NCBI GenBank assembly: GCA_904063045.1
Contig: CAJFCJ010000001.1
Location: 2,046,001-2,110,000, forward strand
Length of the DNA stretch: 64,000 nt
Direction of reading: 5' to 3'
Origin: Dimorphilus gyrociliatus
Lineage: Eukaryota; Animalia; Annelida
Shown: one piece after another, positions 37,017-51,600 of the stretch
Numbering within the stretch: position 1 is the stretch's first letter
Layout: each line of letters opens with the position of its first letter
Notes under the pieces: generated by a model
Database searches by the model: none
Seen by the model: only the letters and a program-made list of their open reading frames with translations
Told to the model about the DNA's origin: nothing
Translations under genes and position numbers: made by a program

Positions 37017-38593
37017 CTAAAATCTATCTCTTTCTGTCTCAGATTTCACCACCAATTTTAGAATATAATCAATAGCAGAAGCGTCATGTAAAATACCCAA
37101 ATGGTCTGTTTTATTATATTGTCTGTGGAATACAGGAGGCCCATTCATTTTTTGCCATTTTAAACAACCATGAAGGGACCTTAAATTTACTGTACCATCT
37201 CCGTCACCATATATAACGTCTGGCTGATAATTATACCACTGACTAGGAGCATAACGAAAGCTTGCTGGTGTGTCTACTCCTACGCCGTGTAAACAATGAA
37301 CTTCAACACCTGGATGATCTAATTTTTTGATTAAAGGCTCCGTGTCTTTTCTCATTTCCCAAGCGTCTGTATAATTAACGTCTTTTAAAAATTTCTGATA
37401 GTCTGCGACAGTATAATTATATTTTGGAGCATAAATTAAAACTTCATCTTTCCTCCAGAAAGTATCGTACGGCATTAGCCATGCTGAACTGGGTATTGAG
37501 CGTTGAAAAGACCTGACGGACAATGGATTAACAATATAAACATGCAGGTTATCACCCGAAGCTAAAAGACGTAAAGCTTTGACAGCACCCCCCCAAGGAG
37601 AAGCAAGTGTCACAAGTCTTGCAATGTAAGTCTTTTTCCAAGCCGCTGTTTGCTTTTTCAAAAAATAATAGCCAACCGGATTGCCCATACTATGTCCGAT
37701 AAGGGTTACGGGAGTATTGTTGTTCATGGTATATGTCTCTTCTATTAGTCTTTTCATGTCACTTAATAGATTTTTCATTTCGTCTGGTAGATAAGAATTT
37801 TATGTTTTTATATGGTATAAATTCTCTAATCGTAACAGTTAAAGTTGAGAGAAAAAATACCCACTAGGTGCTTTACGAAAGTCAAATGGAACACCCCTTA
37901 CATTTAGTCCTCGTTTATAGCCTAGCTTTTTCACTAATGCGTTCACTATTGATGAATAATAAGCAGCTAAGGAAACAAATATGATGGTTTAGCTACAATT
38001 CAATTGTAAAGAAGAATACTTTAAATTGAAATTACTTAGACTATAGCGGCTAGCGTCTAAATATTCAATAGTGGAGGTATTTCCAAAGTCAGTCACCTTA
38101 ATTTCAACTCCTTCAGTATTTCTCGTTGTTCGAGTTTTGCGATCGTAAATCAATCTGTATCAAAACGTAAGTAAGACATTTATCAAATTGCGCAGTTTGT
38201 GTCTAATATGCAGTTTACTTCATATAATCAGCGAAACAATCAACCAGAACTGGAGGAAAAAATTCTAAATTTAGCCATAAATCAAACCATGATGATTTTT
38301 TCAAGCAAACAACATGTGGTACTTTAGGCTCGTTAAGACGAGCTTGGAGCTGACTCCCTCCGTCTCCAGGAACTACAATAAAGCAAGTCAAAATATATCA
38401 CTCGTGATAACACATTTAACATCTTTATCAACTTAAACAACAAACGAATGTATTTATACATTTCTAACTTACTTAAAATTACAGGTGATTTTCTGACATT
38501 ACTCTTAAAGAGTAAACGTTCGGAGGAGACCTTTACAGGCCAGAAAATCAAAAAAATTAAGAGGAGGGAGTTTGCAATAACAGTTGACCTCAT
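37017..38593 (-). CDS. PLA2G15: Lysosomal phospholipase A2 (LCAT family)
   Basis: Signal peptide, VPGDGGSQLQA, WLNLEFFPPVLVDCF, GHSMG nucleophile, GDGDGTVN and DHLGIL; multi-exon. Confidence 0.92.
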
Positions 38594-39100
38594 AGTTCTG
38601 ACGTAAACTGGTTAATTATAATTAAGCCCTATATCTATTGTGAGTATCACAAACCATACACATATAGATAATTAACTATTATTGCCATACGTTGTGCTCT
38701 TATGTGTTTTGCAAAACATAAGAGGTTTCGTGATTGGTTAGAAAAATCGTCTGCTTGAAAGCATTTAAACAAAATACTCCAAAAGTTTAAGCAAATAAAG
38801 CATTGAAAGTTTAAAGGGTGAGACCTGTGCGAATTTACTGTCCCCAATAGATAAGAAGAAAGATAATAGGAAAAGGAAAGATATGTCTTATCAGTTTCAG
38901 TTAATTACTTCAGATAAAAAAAGTTTGGATAGATCAGAGATAATATAACTCGGAGCAAACAGATATATGCTTTATGAGCTGCTATCGAATTTGTGATAAT
39001 TATTAGCTTTACAAAAAATTGCTGTAATTTTATTGATTTCATGGAATTGTATAGTTAGATACGACTCTTAAGGTTTAATAGTTTGAATATAAAACAAAAG

Positions 39101-41625
39101 TTAGCAAGCGTTGTTTCCACTGCTGAAGAGATCCGCTAGCATCTTTTCGGCATTAATACGACTGACGTCAGTTTTCTTCTTTCCTCCAACAAAATCTTCA
39201 GTACTGTCAGCAGCAACAGATTCCGGTACGGGACACTTTCTCCAATTGATTAGTGTTACAAAGTTGCAATAGTCGATCAATCCTTGCTCATTTTCCGGTA
39301 AATGTGCTATCAAAGCTCCGAGTAGTTCAGTTTGAATTGGAACTCGGAGAGATCTACAGGCTGTTCTAATTTCATCTCGGGAAATGAATCCAGTTCTATT
39401 CCTATCCGTATAAACACATTGGTCAGCTAGAGCCTCGAAATTTTCAAAGTTGGCTCGGTTCAATTGAGCTTGTGCTTTTGCTACTAATCTCTCCAAATTT
39501 TCATTGTTGGGTCTTTCATTTCCAATCGAATAATACCTTGCCAAAGATAAGATTTGATGAGGAGTTGGTCGGTTATTAGGACCAAGGGCAGACTGAATGG
39601 CAGAAGCGAAACTTTCATAGGACATAGTGTTTTGAAACATGGGTAAGCTGTTGCCATTGGCAACTCCGGCTTCATGTAAAGCTGACATTAGCGAGCCGGC
39701 GCTGGCATAGGGAAATTCTCTAGAGTTCGACTCCATATAAGCTAGGGCATATTCATCTGCATCAATAAGTTCAAAGTAGAAATTATGAATCTGTGGAAGA
39801 CGTCAATAAGTGATTAAAAACAACCAGATTTCACTATTTTTTTATTTTACTTACGTTGACACAAGCACCAATAAACATATCTGATGCTTTATAATACTCT
39901 GGGAAGTCTACGCCGTACCTTTCTTGACCTGGTTTTTTTACTCTGCCTCTCTCTAAGAATTTACCCCCTGACACTCCAGTGTTCTTTTGTGGTGGTTCGA
40001 AAACCAAAAGAGTGTCGTCAGCCAAAAAGTAAGAGATGATGAAACGTCTTTCCTTATTAATCGGATCATCTGTCTGCATAATAGCCAGGAAACGGAGAAC
40101 ATTGGAATCTAAACCTTTTCTGTCCTTATCCATAAACTAAAAAGATAATGGTATTAGTGTGTAAATGAAGACATTATCATAATAAAATGGTACAAACTTT
40201 AAGAAAGTCCTTTTTGGGTGGTCCTGGATCCAAATGGAGACAATTTTGTAGTGAATCCTCTTCCGTGCCAAATCCGTTGTAAGGAGGATATTGTCTGGTT
40301 GTCTTTATAGGCTGATTTTTTTCTAGTGTAATCGGACTGAAGTCATCTAAACGGACAAAGAATTGATTTTAAAAAAGATCTCAAATGCGATTTTTTACAC
40401 TAACTTATTCCATATTTTGTGTTGTAGTATTCCTTAGTGAAATCGTCACAGCTCAATAGTTTAAATTTTCTTCCCCAAACATTAACCTCTGCTCCTATGC
40501 ATAAATCTTGATCTGAATAGTATTGAATGTTGACAGCTCCTGTCTTTAAACTGTCCAAAATATATCGTCCACCATGTCCCATTGGACCAAAAACGTTTAA
40601 GACTGTTCTATCGGTATGTTCTCCCGGTTTAAGCAATGGTATAACGTCTTTTGGTAGTTTGCCTCTTCTCAGGAAGACGGAAGTTGAGTCCCTACCTGCA
40701 TTTGGGGGAATTTTCTCACGAATCTCAATGGTATCGTCCGCTAAGAAATAATGAAGAACCATATCGCGATGATCTCCAAACATAGCTCCAGTGTCATCCC
40801 AAAAGCAATCAAATCTAAGAACATGCCTATCGTGATCGAGAAATTGTTTAAGAGTATCCTTTTTCTCATAAGGTCTAAGCGGTTGCATGGATTCATCAAG
40901 AGCTTTTCTGTGGTTCATGTAAGGATCATCTGGTATCATTACAGGTTGTCCAATGTCGACACCCATCTTCTTCAGGAAATTTGCTGTAAATTGGTCACAG
41001 TCCGTCATCTTGAAATGACGAGAGTAAAGAACAATTTCGTTTCCCACGTTTAGATCTTCAACGGTGTAAAACTCATCATCGTGCGGAGCTGGTTTTGGTA
41101 TTCTATGTCGCTTGATGATTGTTCCTTGAGGGATTCCTGCATTTCTTAGTCTATTAAATTCAAGTTTTGATTAAGCTTTTAGCCATGTTAGAAAAAAGTT
41201 ACAAAACTGTACCAACCTTGGTTCAACAACTTGTAAACTATCGTCTTCTAAGTAAAAGAGAATTTTACACTTACGAACTCTGTATCTCTCTTCTCTTCTC
41301 TCATTTATGGCCTCTTGATAATAAGCATCAAAGCTCAACACTTGTTTATCAAAAGCTACAAATGCAGGAACAGCACTTCCACTTCCTCTCGGAATTGCCG
41401 AATGTTTTGGTGGTGGTTTCTTCCACGACAGAGGTTCCCCTCCAACTCCAGGCTTAAAGTCTCCAACATCCATCGCAACCTCATTTTTTACATCGAAATG
41501 GTGCGACAAGTGGTATTTAGTTTTTCCGAGCTGATATATTTCAGATTTCAAAATCAACATCTTTAAAAATTATTAATACTTACATTTCTATCGAATTGAT
41601 TCCCAGGTAGGAAAGGCAAAGCCAT
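39101..41625 (-). CDS. EFHC2: EF-hand domain-containing 2 (RIB72-type, three DM10 domains)
   Basis: MALPFLPGN start, KPGVGGEPL, FVAFDKQVLSFDAY, FLDHDRHVLRF, YFLADDT and GGKFLER; C-terminal EF-hand-like region. Confidence 0.92.
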
Positions 41626-41698
41626 GTTTTTAGTGAACTTATCCTGCAACTAACTTTCGTTCAACTATTAAGCCCAGGAGCTAGACTGTAAACAAGAT

Positions 41699-41722
41699 GT
41701 TGCTATGGTTTGTTGCTATAAC
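41699..41722. promoter_or_regulatory. Tandem RFX X-box-like sites upstream of EFHC2
   Basis: GTTGCTATGGTTT immediately followed by GTTGCTATAAC, about 75-100 bp upstream of the EFHC2 ATG. Confidence 0.6.
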
Positions 41723-42135
41723 TACTTTAAACTGGTTACGGCATTATAGTATATATTCCACATAACAGCGAAACAGAGGCAACCCTCTATTATTTAATTT
41801 TGAAATAAGTAAAAAAACAGCTAAAACTTTTACTACACTTGTATTAAGTAATAAAGTCACAATGAATTTAGCAAAAGTGAACTTTTCTTTTAACTTGTTC
41901 TTTTCTCTTTAAGTCCATTCCACCTCAAACATTCATTTCTATTATATTTATACGCTTAAAATCTTTAGGTAACATAAATTGAATATTCTACTTAACAAAA
42001 GACAAAAATTAAAGATGATTTTTCTGTACCCGAATGTATTACTATTTTTGAACGATGTGTGGGAAATATAATACCGTTTCCGGTTTCGAAAAGTCACATG
42101 GGTAAACAAGTATGGTTGCTGCCTTGAAACTCAAA

Positions 42136-43377
42136 ATGAAAATTCTTTGTCTCTTTGTCATTCAATTATCTATTTTTGTGAGCAATATAAATGCTTATGG
42201 TAATGACTGCTACGATCCTTCTTATGATGCTTTGAGAACTTATAGGTAGTAAAAATTTGAATTTACATATTATATTTATCTGGTGAAATTTTTAGCCGAG
42301 AAAATGAACAACGCAGATATGCATTCCTGAACGTGGAAGATATTCCAAAGTTTTGGGATTGGAGAGACATCAATGGCGTAAATTATTGCAGCCCAGTTAG
42401 AAATCAACACATTCCACAATGTTAGTATTTTTTATTCAAAGTCTAAACAATTGTTATAATTCTCTTTTTGTTTTCTAGGGTGCGGAAGTTGTTGGGCTAT
42501 GGGTAGGCACATAAGTTTCTTTAGCGATCTATTCTGTAATAGTTCAATTTTTTTATAGGCACAACAAGTGCTCTTGCTGACAGAATTAATATTGAAAGAA
42601 AAGGAAAATGGCCAGGTGCCTACTTATCGGTTCAAAATGTTATTGATTGTGGAAATGCTGGTTCATGTCAAGGAGGTGGTATGCTTGGTGTATACGAATA
42701 TGCAAAAAAACAAGGCATCCCGGATGAAACCTGTAATAATTATCAAGCAAAAAATCAAAAATGTGACGAATTCAATCGTTGCTATACTTGTATGCCCAAT
42801 TCTTGTTACAAAATTGCTAATTATACTTCATGGAAAGTTAAGGACTATGGTCAAGTGAGTGGAAGAAAGAAAATGATGGCTGAAATCTATGCTAAAGGAC
42901 CAATAGCGTAAGATTTATTGTAGTAACACTATCACCATTTATGTGTAATTGTTTAACAATAGCTGTGGAATATCCGTAACGGACAAATTTTTAGCCTATA
43001 ATAATGGAATCTATAGCGAATATAATACTCAGCCATCTGTAAGTTAACTTTATTAATTGTTAATTTATTATTATAATTCCTTTTATTATTTATACAGATT
43101 AACCATGTATTATCTATAGTTGGTTGGAATGTTGACAAAGCAACTGGAATTGAATATTGGATTGGAAGGAATTCATGGGGTGAACCTTGGGTACTTAACA
43201 CGATTCTATTTAAATGTGTCTTCAATATAAATATTGCTTAACAAACTTTTTCAATTATAGGGCGAACGAGGATTCTTCCGAATCGTTACCAGTGCTTATC
43301 AGGGAGGTAAAGGAGATAATTACAATCTAGGCATAGAATCCGGATGCACATATGCCGATCCAATTATTACATTCTAA
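42136..43377 (+). CDS. CTSZ: Cathepsin Z (cathepsin X)
   Basis: Short propeptide; RNQHIPQWCGSCWA with the HIP mini-loop; [18 protein letters not shown]; [12 protein letters not shown]; [10 protein letters not shown]; [15 protein letters not shown]. Confidence 0.95.
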
Positions 43378-43905
43378 GCTAATCCATGTCCTGAGAATTG
43401 CTCCTTTATATATTCTTAAATGAGCTATTTGGATTTTTAATGATCTATTGACTTTTAAAGTTTTAATGAAGAATAAAAAACTATACAAAAAACGACTTTA
43501 AGCTTCCAATTTATATTAGAGTTTGATCTTTGAATAGCAAGGAGCCTAATTTTTAGACATATTTAAATTTTTACACTTATTTTTAAAGAGCACTTGTCCT
43601 TTGCAAGGCTGTAGGGCGGGTGACAAATGATTCATAAATGTACTTGTCATAAAGTGTCCTTATTCTGTTTAAAGTTTGGAAAATATTTAATTTAATACTT
43701 TTGATTGTTAAAGATGCTTTTTGGAATGTAATAGAATATTCGAGAGAAAATACTTTTAACAAATTTACGCGGGGAACCGGAAAGTCGGGTATCGCGGTAT
43801 TTGACTAAAACAGGTCACGAGAGGTTTTCTACCAGGTTATATACTATTGAATATTTCGCGGAATTATTTTTAAACCTACCGCTGCCATAAACTACTCTTA
43901 TACAA

Positions 43906-46900
43906 ATGTCTGGACCATTTAAACAGAATGGAGATAAAAGTTTTACTAGTAAAATCAAGTTTGTTGCCTGGGCCCAGAGTATGGATTTACTAGCCCTTGT
44001 ATCTGAGGCGAATCATGTTAGTCTCTAATACCGTCTTAACACACGCGAAATACTATCAGAATTATTCTTTTTAGGTATCTATATACAGAATTAACTGTGA
44101 AAAGGTCTGGGAAATTGAAGATGCTCCTCAAGAGGCCGAGGACAGTCCTATTGCGTCAGTTGCTTTTAGCCCCGATGGAAGCGGTAAATAGTCAAGTGAT
44201 ATAGATGAAAAGAGCCTTGTTTAGTTATTAATTCCTTCAAACAGTAATAGCAATTGGCTTCTTAAATGGGTTTATATGTTTACACGAAGTCGAATCAAAG
44301 AGACGATTATTTCGATATAAAGTTAAAGCATCGATAACATGTTTATATTGGTATGGGAATGTTCAGGAAAATTCATATAAACCTCCTCAATTTCCTATAT
44401 TTAAAGATGAAGTCAGTCAACACTTGCCTGAACTCTCAGCTTTTACTAAAATGTACGATATATACATACATTTTAGGATAAAATATGCTTAATTTTCAGT
44501 CAATTTTTCCTCCCAGTTACGGTATAACAGCTTCAGAGGAGGAGCAAGAAGAATGGGAAGAATTTAAACAGTTAATGCATCAAAACGAGTAGGAATTATT
44601 TTTCAAGTTTCAATCACTTCCTAATCTTAATATCATTACTTCAGATTCAGTATCCTACTAACGGGAACTGAGAACGGTGCTGTTCACTTTTTCACGTATG
44701 GTGTTTCCCCGCTTACTCATATAAAATTGAATAGATTTACCAAAGTCAAAGTATTTCCTTCGAAATATAAATTTACTTTTTTAATTTTATACCAATTAAC
44801 ATAAAATATAACATTCAGGTAGAGAAGATATTAAACGTACATTTGTCTCAAGATATGAAAAGTATCAGTACAATCTGTCAAGTTGTCAGCGAAGAAGGAT
44901 TATCTAGAATTGTTCTAGTAAAGGTAAAGATCAAGATTTAAGAATGAGGAAATAAATTATAAAAAATATATATATATTTTTTTAATAAAAGCTTAATTGT
45001 GGTATGATAGAAGAACATGAAGAACAAATTCAAATTATCGCTCAAAAGTTTATGAATTTATTGATGTGTTCGCAATACTTGAAATCTAGTTTAAGCAAAA
45101 TAAAAGAAGTTTTTGAAACAACTACAAGACAGATGGATGGAAAAATAGCTAAATTACTTGAAGCTAAAAAAGTAAAAATTTCTTAAAGTCCTGTCATTAT
45201 TTTTTATTAAAATGATTAAAAGTGATTAAAACATTATAGAAAGCGGGTGGAGGTGATTTAGTTAACGATTTCCTTAGATTGTTACTCTACGGAACCAAGA
45301 GGTTGCTATAATCATTCTGTTGTTATCAATTGAACATTATTTTAATATTTCACTTTGTTATTGCTTTAGTGATGAAATGGAAGCCTTTTTCATGAGAGAT
45401 AACCAAGAAAGGGTAAGAATATTCAATTCTTATAAACACTTTTTATATATTAACATAATACAGGCAATTAAAACTATAAGTCGTCTTCTTGAATCCTACT
45501 ATTCAAGTATGCATAAGTTACTTATTAAACATATTCAAAGGTGAGCATAATTTTGGATATGCATTTTGTATATAGCTACTATATATAGACTTCCCTATAT
45601 CTTTAATTTCTTTACTATAAAAGTGCTGCCGAAATATCTATATACGAAATGGAAGATCTAAGATCAATGTCACAAAGAGTTGAAGAATTTAATAAATTAA
45701 ATTTCGACAATCATTTGATTGTAAAAAGTTTAAAATTTGCTTTTCTTATACATTACAAAGCCAATGAAATGTCTCAGTAAGTAGCGTAAAATTCATTGTT
45801 ATGAATATAATCTTATTTAATTCCTTCCTTTTAGAGTTATTAACAAATCTACTGATAATTCAAAAGCGTTTTTTAAATGGTTCTATAATAGTTTGTATTG
45901 GTTAATTTATTATTTAAAAGAATTATCAATTTATACGATATATTTATTTGTTTTAGCTATTCTAAGACATAATGAAGAAACTGGTCCAAGCGAATTAACA
46001 AAAGTATGTAACTGCTATTTAATATAAAGATACAGTATACTAATTTTTCTTTTGTATTGATAGATGTCTCATCAAGAGATTGACAAAGTAACTGAATTTT
46101 TAATGGATAGTTTCTATCCTGTAAGTAATTATCATCATTGATTATATATTTTAGTGAAATTCTTCTGTTTTTTTATTTGTTAGGCAGAAAAAGATAATAT
46201 TTCAAATTTTCATCTTGAAAGAGTAGCGCAGGTTTTTGTCTTAAAATAAATAATTTGAAAAGTTTCATAATATCTATTCTTCCACTTCTAGTATTTAAGA
46301 AATGAACCGTTACGAGAGGATTTAAGAGTAGATACTGATGAATTTAATAAATTCTTACAAGATAATCACGATATACTTGGTATATTTAACTTTGTGTTTA
46401 ACATATAAATTTAATGATCACTAACTATAGAATATTTAGGTGATGATGATATTTTTTGTGTTTCTTCCGAATCATCATTGGTTCAAGTTTGTCTCAACTT
46501 TCGTCAAGCATTATACGAATGTATTGAGAATTTTGCTGTAAGAAATTATTTAAATCTTTATTTGATATTCATTTTTTTTCATGACTTTTCTTTATAGATC
46601 TCTTTAGGCGAAAACATAAACTTAGAGAATGTGATCAACCTATCTAAGCCAGCAGTTATTGAAGAATTAAATGTCAACAGAATAAGTGTTTGCCAGTGAG
46701 TTTATATAACTACTTATTATATTATTATTATTTTTAGGATAATTAATTTATTTATATTTACCTCAGGTGGACCAGTTACGACGATGACGGCTGTATATTA
46801 TTAGGTTCTTATGTTCCAAGAGATCAAGTACAATTGTGTTGTTTCGTAAAGCAATCAAGCCAGTATCAGGGCAAAATTATTCATTTTAATGACTTCAAAA

Positions 46901-47443
46901 GGTGAGATTGTGCGCTCATGTATATTACATAAACAGGACAGTTGTTTTTCGTCATTAGCTATGGTAAATGCGACATCCTCTCTATTTCTCATTATAATGA
47001 TAGAATTTTAACAATTTTATTAAAACAATCCAATCCCTCTTTGGGTTGTATTCTCCTACAATTCGATGTAACCTCACTAGTAAATTGGTTTCATGTGGAC
47101 AATGAACTTCCGATTGAAGGGCAAATGTGAGTATACAACATCATTGTATTACTATTATTGTAAATATTAATATGGATCTTTTAGAACCCACGAAAATGCC
47201 TCTGAATTTATTCAAGATCACCAATTTAAAGTTCTTGATAGTAATAACTTTATACACGCATTTGCAAGTGGCCAAAGAGACGTTTGCGCTCTGGTGAATT
47301 TTTTAATATATATAACTCTTCACTATTAAACAATTTTCTTTTTCATCCAGTTGGGAAGTTCTAATAAAAAGTTGCACTTTTACTTTATGCAAGCTGAAGA
47401 TGACGAAGGAGATATGGAAGATACAGATACAGAATTAAGTTAA
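43906..47443 (+). CDS. ANAPC4: Anaphase-promoting complex subunit 4, about 22 short exons
   Basis: N-terminal WD40 (FVAWAQSMDLLALV, VAFSPDGS), KANEMSQVINKSTDNSKAFFKWFYN, FHLERVAQYLRNEPL and ASGQRDVCAL, plus an acidic tail. Confidence 0.85.
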
Positions 47444-48606
47444 ATTACAATAACGTTATAAATATATTTATGTAAAGTTTTACTTTTTTCAATTTTATGT
47501 TTGTTAAAATAAATTTCGATATTAATTCTTATTAATTATTTAATGCTTGATACAAACATATATACAATGGGGATGCATTTACATCAGTAAGTCAAGATTT
47601 ATAGATAGGAATTCAAAATAGTTGGGATATGCAGGTTCAGTAGTCATCTTTTATTAATATAAAGTCTGAAGGAGATAGAAAGACATATCAATTTATAATG
47701 AAAGAATATTTTAAAAATAAACTTACATGATTAAGTAAGTCCAGTTTTACAGATAACTCTATGACGTAGACTTAAATTTACATCATTGTCGTAAAATAAG
47801 CAGCAAAGGGAAAAGTAAACGATGAGAACGCAACTTAAAGTATTCCCTATTCACGCCCAAGAACATTGATATAATAAATAATGACTTTTCACTAACTATT
47901 CTCATTTTATTCGAATTCTATTTGTTCGTTTGACAGTTATAAACCATCGGCAAAAACCTAAAATTGTACTTTTTAAAACAATTTAATTGTAATGTATGTT
48001 TGTCAGTTTGCATTTATGTATGCGCCTTTGTAATATTTTTTATATTATGCTTTATAATGACAACAAAACGCTTTGACGTAGACATTGCATATTTACATAT
48101 GTATGTATGTATATACATAAAGTTAAGGGAAGTTTTTATATCACCGATTGCTAGTATTTTTTAATAGCTTTTTCTTTTTGAATCTGCAAGAGAAAAAGAA
48201 AGAGATAGATTAATATAACTAAAATGGAATACATATATAAGTATACGTAAATATAATAGTTTAAAAAGGATCTTTCACCAATCGGATAAAAAGAAAAAGA
48301 ACATTAAAAAGTATTGATCGTTAAAAATAAAAGGATAGTTTGTTATTGAAAAACTCTTTCATTTTGTTCAACGAACAACTTACTTTTCGTAAGTAAATTT
48401 ACTAGCCTTAGGTCTTCCACTCTATAATATATAAAAAATAAAGACAAGATACTATTTTGAGAGAAGATATATTAAAATAATTTGTTAAAAATATTGAAAT
48501 AGAGACAAAATACGTAATTTACATATATATATATAAATAAAATATATATATATATATTTGAAATAAAACAGAAAAATAGATGCTTTAAAAACTTTTTATG
48601 CTATTT

Positions 48607-51600
48607 TTAGATTGTTACTTCTTCTCCATCGTCCCATCTTATATTACTTTTTTTATCTGTGTCATTTTTATATATGGTATCTAATGATGATGTACGAAAA
48701 AGAGTGTTTCCCGTTTTTGCGATTTCGGCTAAAGATGAACGAGGACGATCCGGACTTGGACCAACTCGTTTTGAATAAAGTTTCTTTTTCAAATTTATAA
48801 TTGGATTCTTTTCTGGTGTTCTTATAAAATTTTTAATATCCGAAACGAGATCTCTCACCTTTGGAGTTTTTGGGGTTGCCGTATCGCTTGTTCGATTCCG
48901 TTTCCTTTTCGGGGTAAAAGGCATCTCAAAGTTCATATTATTCTTGACCTTTGCCTATTACGATTGTTTTTAAAAAGAAGAAAAAAAAGTCATTTAGTAA
49001 AAAACGATAATTTAGCAATAAACAACAATAAAAGAGTTGTATAGTAATCAATAATAATTTGATTGTTCTTTCCTTACAAACCACATAGAAAAAGAAAAGA
49101 ATGAAAGTAAAGATTGTATACTACTATTTACAACATCAACGTTTATCAAATTTTTTAAATATATAACTAACCCAAATTGATTTTGATGAAACTACCTTAT
49201 CAGCTGAACTTGTCCTCCTTGGTAGTCTTATACCACCTTGCAAAGGAGTTGATAATTGATTATTAAGGAATTTTGTTGTGGATAGGAAACGACTTTTGTG
49301 AGATTTTTTTCCTTTTCCTGCAGATTTATATATGTTTGGATCATTTGATGAACTATTAGATTGACTATTTGTTGAGGCGTCTTTATCAGTGAAATTCGTT
49401 TCGTTATCATTTTCCGAATAGTTTGTATTTGATAAATGTGCTGTATAAGATAAGTTCGGCGGTACCAAGGGTAAAAGATGACCTTCTTCCTGTAAAAGTG
49501 GAGATTCTTGGGCGGCCACTTCACAATTCTCATCCTCCAAAACACCAAATTGTAATTGATCTGGTTCGTCGTGAGGAGGGAATATTGGTCCCCAACCTTT
49601 GATTTCTAATCGATAATTATCCGCAGATTTATTAACTCTTTCTTTTTGTTCCTCACCGTCCAAAACTTTTCTCTTTTCTTTACCCAAATCAAGTTGTAAT
49701 TTTTCGATTATTCTATTCTTTTCAGTAATTTCGTTCATATAGATTTGAACTGTTTGAGAACTTTTTTCTAAAAGTGTCGTTTGTTGATTATTCGTTTTCA
49801 ATAATCTATCAATTTTAGACGTTAATTTCTCTTTACTTTCAACTAGTTCATTCTATCAAAATAAATATGCATAAATAACTAATTAAGGATGTAATTTTTA
49901 TGAAAATACCTTTAATCTTGATTCTCTCGATAATAATACATCAAGTTTCTTCTTTAGCTTTTCCAATTCAAGTTTTAGTATATCTTCTTTTCGTTTTTTA
50001 TTCAAACCTTCCGAATCCGATAGATGACTACCTTCCTTTAAATAATTAATTTCAGCGTGAGCATCGCTCAATTGATGATTCAATTTTTCAATAGCCAACT
50101 CTCTTTCCATAATATCGGCGTGTAAATCACCAATAATATTTGCTCTGGAAATCAATTCACTAGTTAAGGATGACGCTTCCTCGGTTCTTTCGGCACATTT
50201 CGTTTCTATCATAACTTTATTCTCTTCTAAACTCTTCTTATACTTATTCATTTCATTTAATGAACTATTCATTTTATCAACTTTTTTATGTAATTCAAGA
50301 TTTTCACTCTTTAAATGCTCCAACTTCGATTTAAAATTATCGCAATAATCTTTATACTTTGTTACAACTCTATCGCTCGTTTCTAATTCCCTAATTAATT
50401 GTTTTATCTTCTTTTTTGATTCATCTAATGCTTTAAATAAATCTTTTTTCTCTTTATCCGAATCTTTTAGCTTATTAACTAAATTAGATATATTTTTATG
50501 ATATTCACTTCTTTTAATTTCAGCTTCGTCTTTTAGTTCGATTATTTCAACTTTTAAACTGGTCACTTGAATTTTTGATTGTTGCAATTCTCTCATTGTC
50601 TGTTGATAAGCGTCAAAATTCTCTTTTACCTTATTCTCTAAATTGTTTATATTTCCTTCATAATTTTCCATATTCGAATTGGCCTTTTTTAATAAACTCT
50701 CCAATTCTGAATTATCACTTTTCAAACTATTCTGATCAGTATTTAATTTATCAAAAATAGTTTTTCTTTCGTTGATTAAATTCTTTATACTCTTATCTTT
50801 CTCTTCCAATTTCTCATTTAACTCTTTCACTAGAGTATCCAATTTCGTATACTCTTCGTTCAATTTTTTACTATGGCTATTCATCTCGTTTAAACACAAT
50901 TGCATATTTGATAAAGAATCCTCTTTCGTTTTAAATTCTTCTTGAATAAATTTTAATTCTTCCTTTAGATTCTCAATAGTATTTGCCTGTTTGCTACTCT
51001 TTTCTTTTTCTACGTCGAAATCTTCTTGTATGATGTCCAATTGTTCTTTGAGTTTATCAATAATGGCTGCTTTCTCCTCGTCCGAAATACGAAAATCATT
51101 TAACCGCTTTGTTAATGATTCTAAAGTTGCACTCTGTTTCGAAATCTCCTCTTTAGAAGATTTCAATTGATTGTCCAATTTAACAGCAAGTTCACTCTTT
51201 TCTTTTAGCCGATCGACAAGATGAGCCATATCCTCTTCAACTTCTTCCATAGATATCATATTCTCTTTCTTTTGCCTTTCAATAACCTCTTCTAATTTCT
51301 TTAAACTTTCTTCTTTCTGCGATATTTTTACTTTTAAATTTTGTAAAATCATTTCCTTTTCATCTAATTGGTTATTCAAATTATTAATTATCGTTTGTAA
51401 GTTACTTTCCAGTGTGTCCTCGACACTTTTCAAAAGGTTTTGTACAGGTTCATCCTCCTTAAATAAATCTTTATGATCTTTCAGAGAAAGAAAGACCTTT
51501 TGTATGTCCGTGAATTCCATTTCCTTTTTTATTATTTCATTTTGCTTTTTATCGAGTAGGGTATTAGATTCTTTTAACTTTGAACGATATTCCAAAAGTT

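Noticed and set aside
38221-38280. Apparent frameshift in the T-run of PLA2G15 exon 2
   Set aside because: Recounting gives EFFPPVLVDCFADYM in frame; the gene is intact.
45721-45777. Putative intron plus 16-nt microexon in ANAPC4
   Set aside because: The segment is open in frame (VKSLKFAFLIHYKANEMSQ) and aligns with APC4, so it is ordinary exon.
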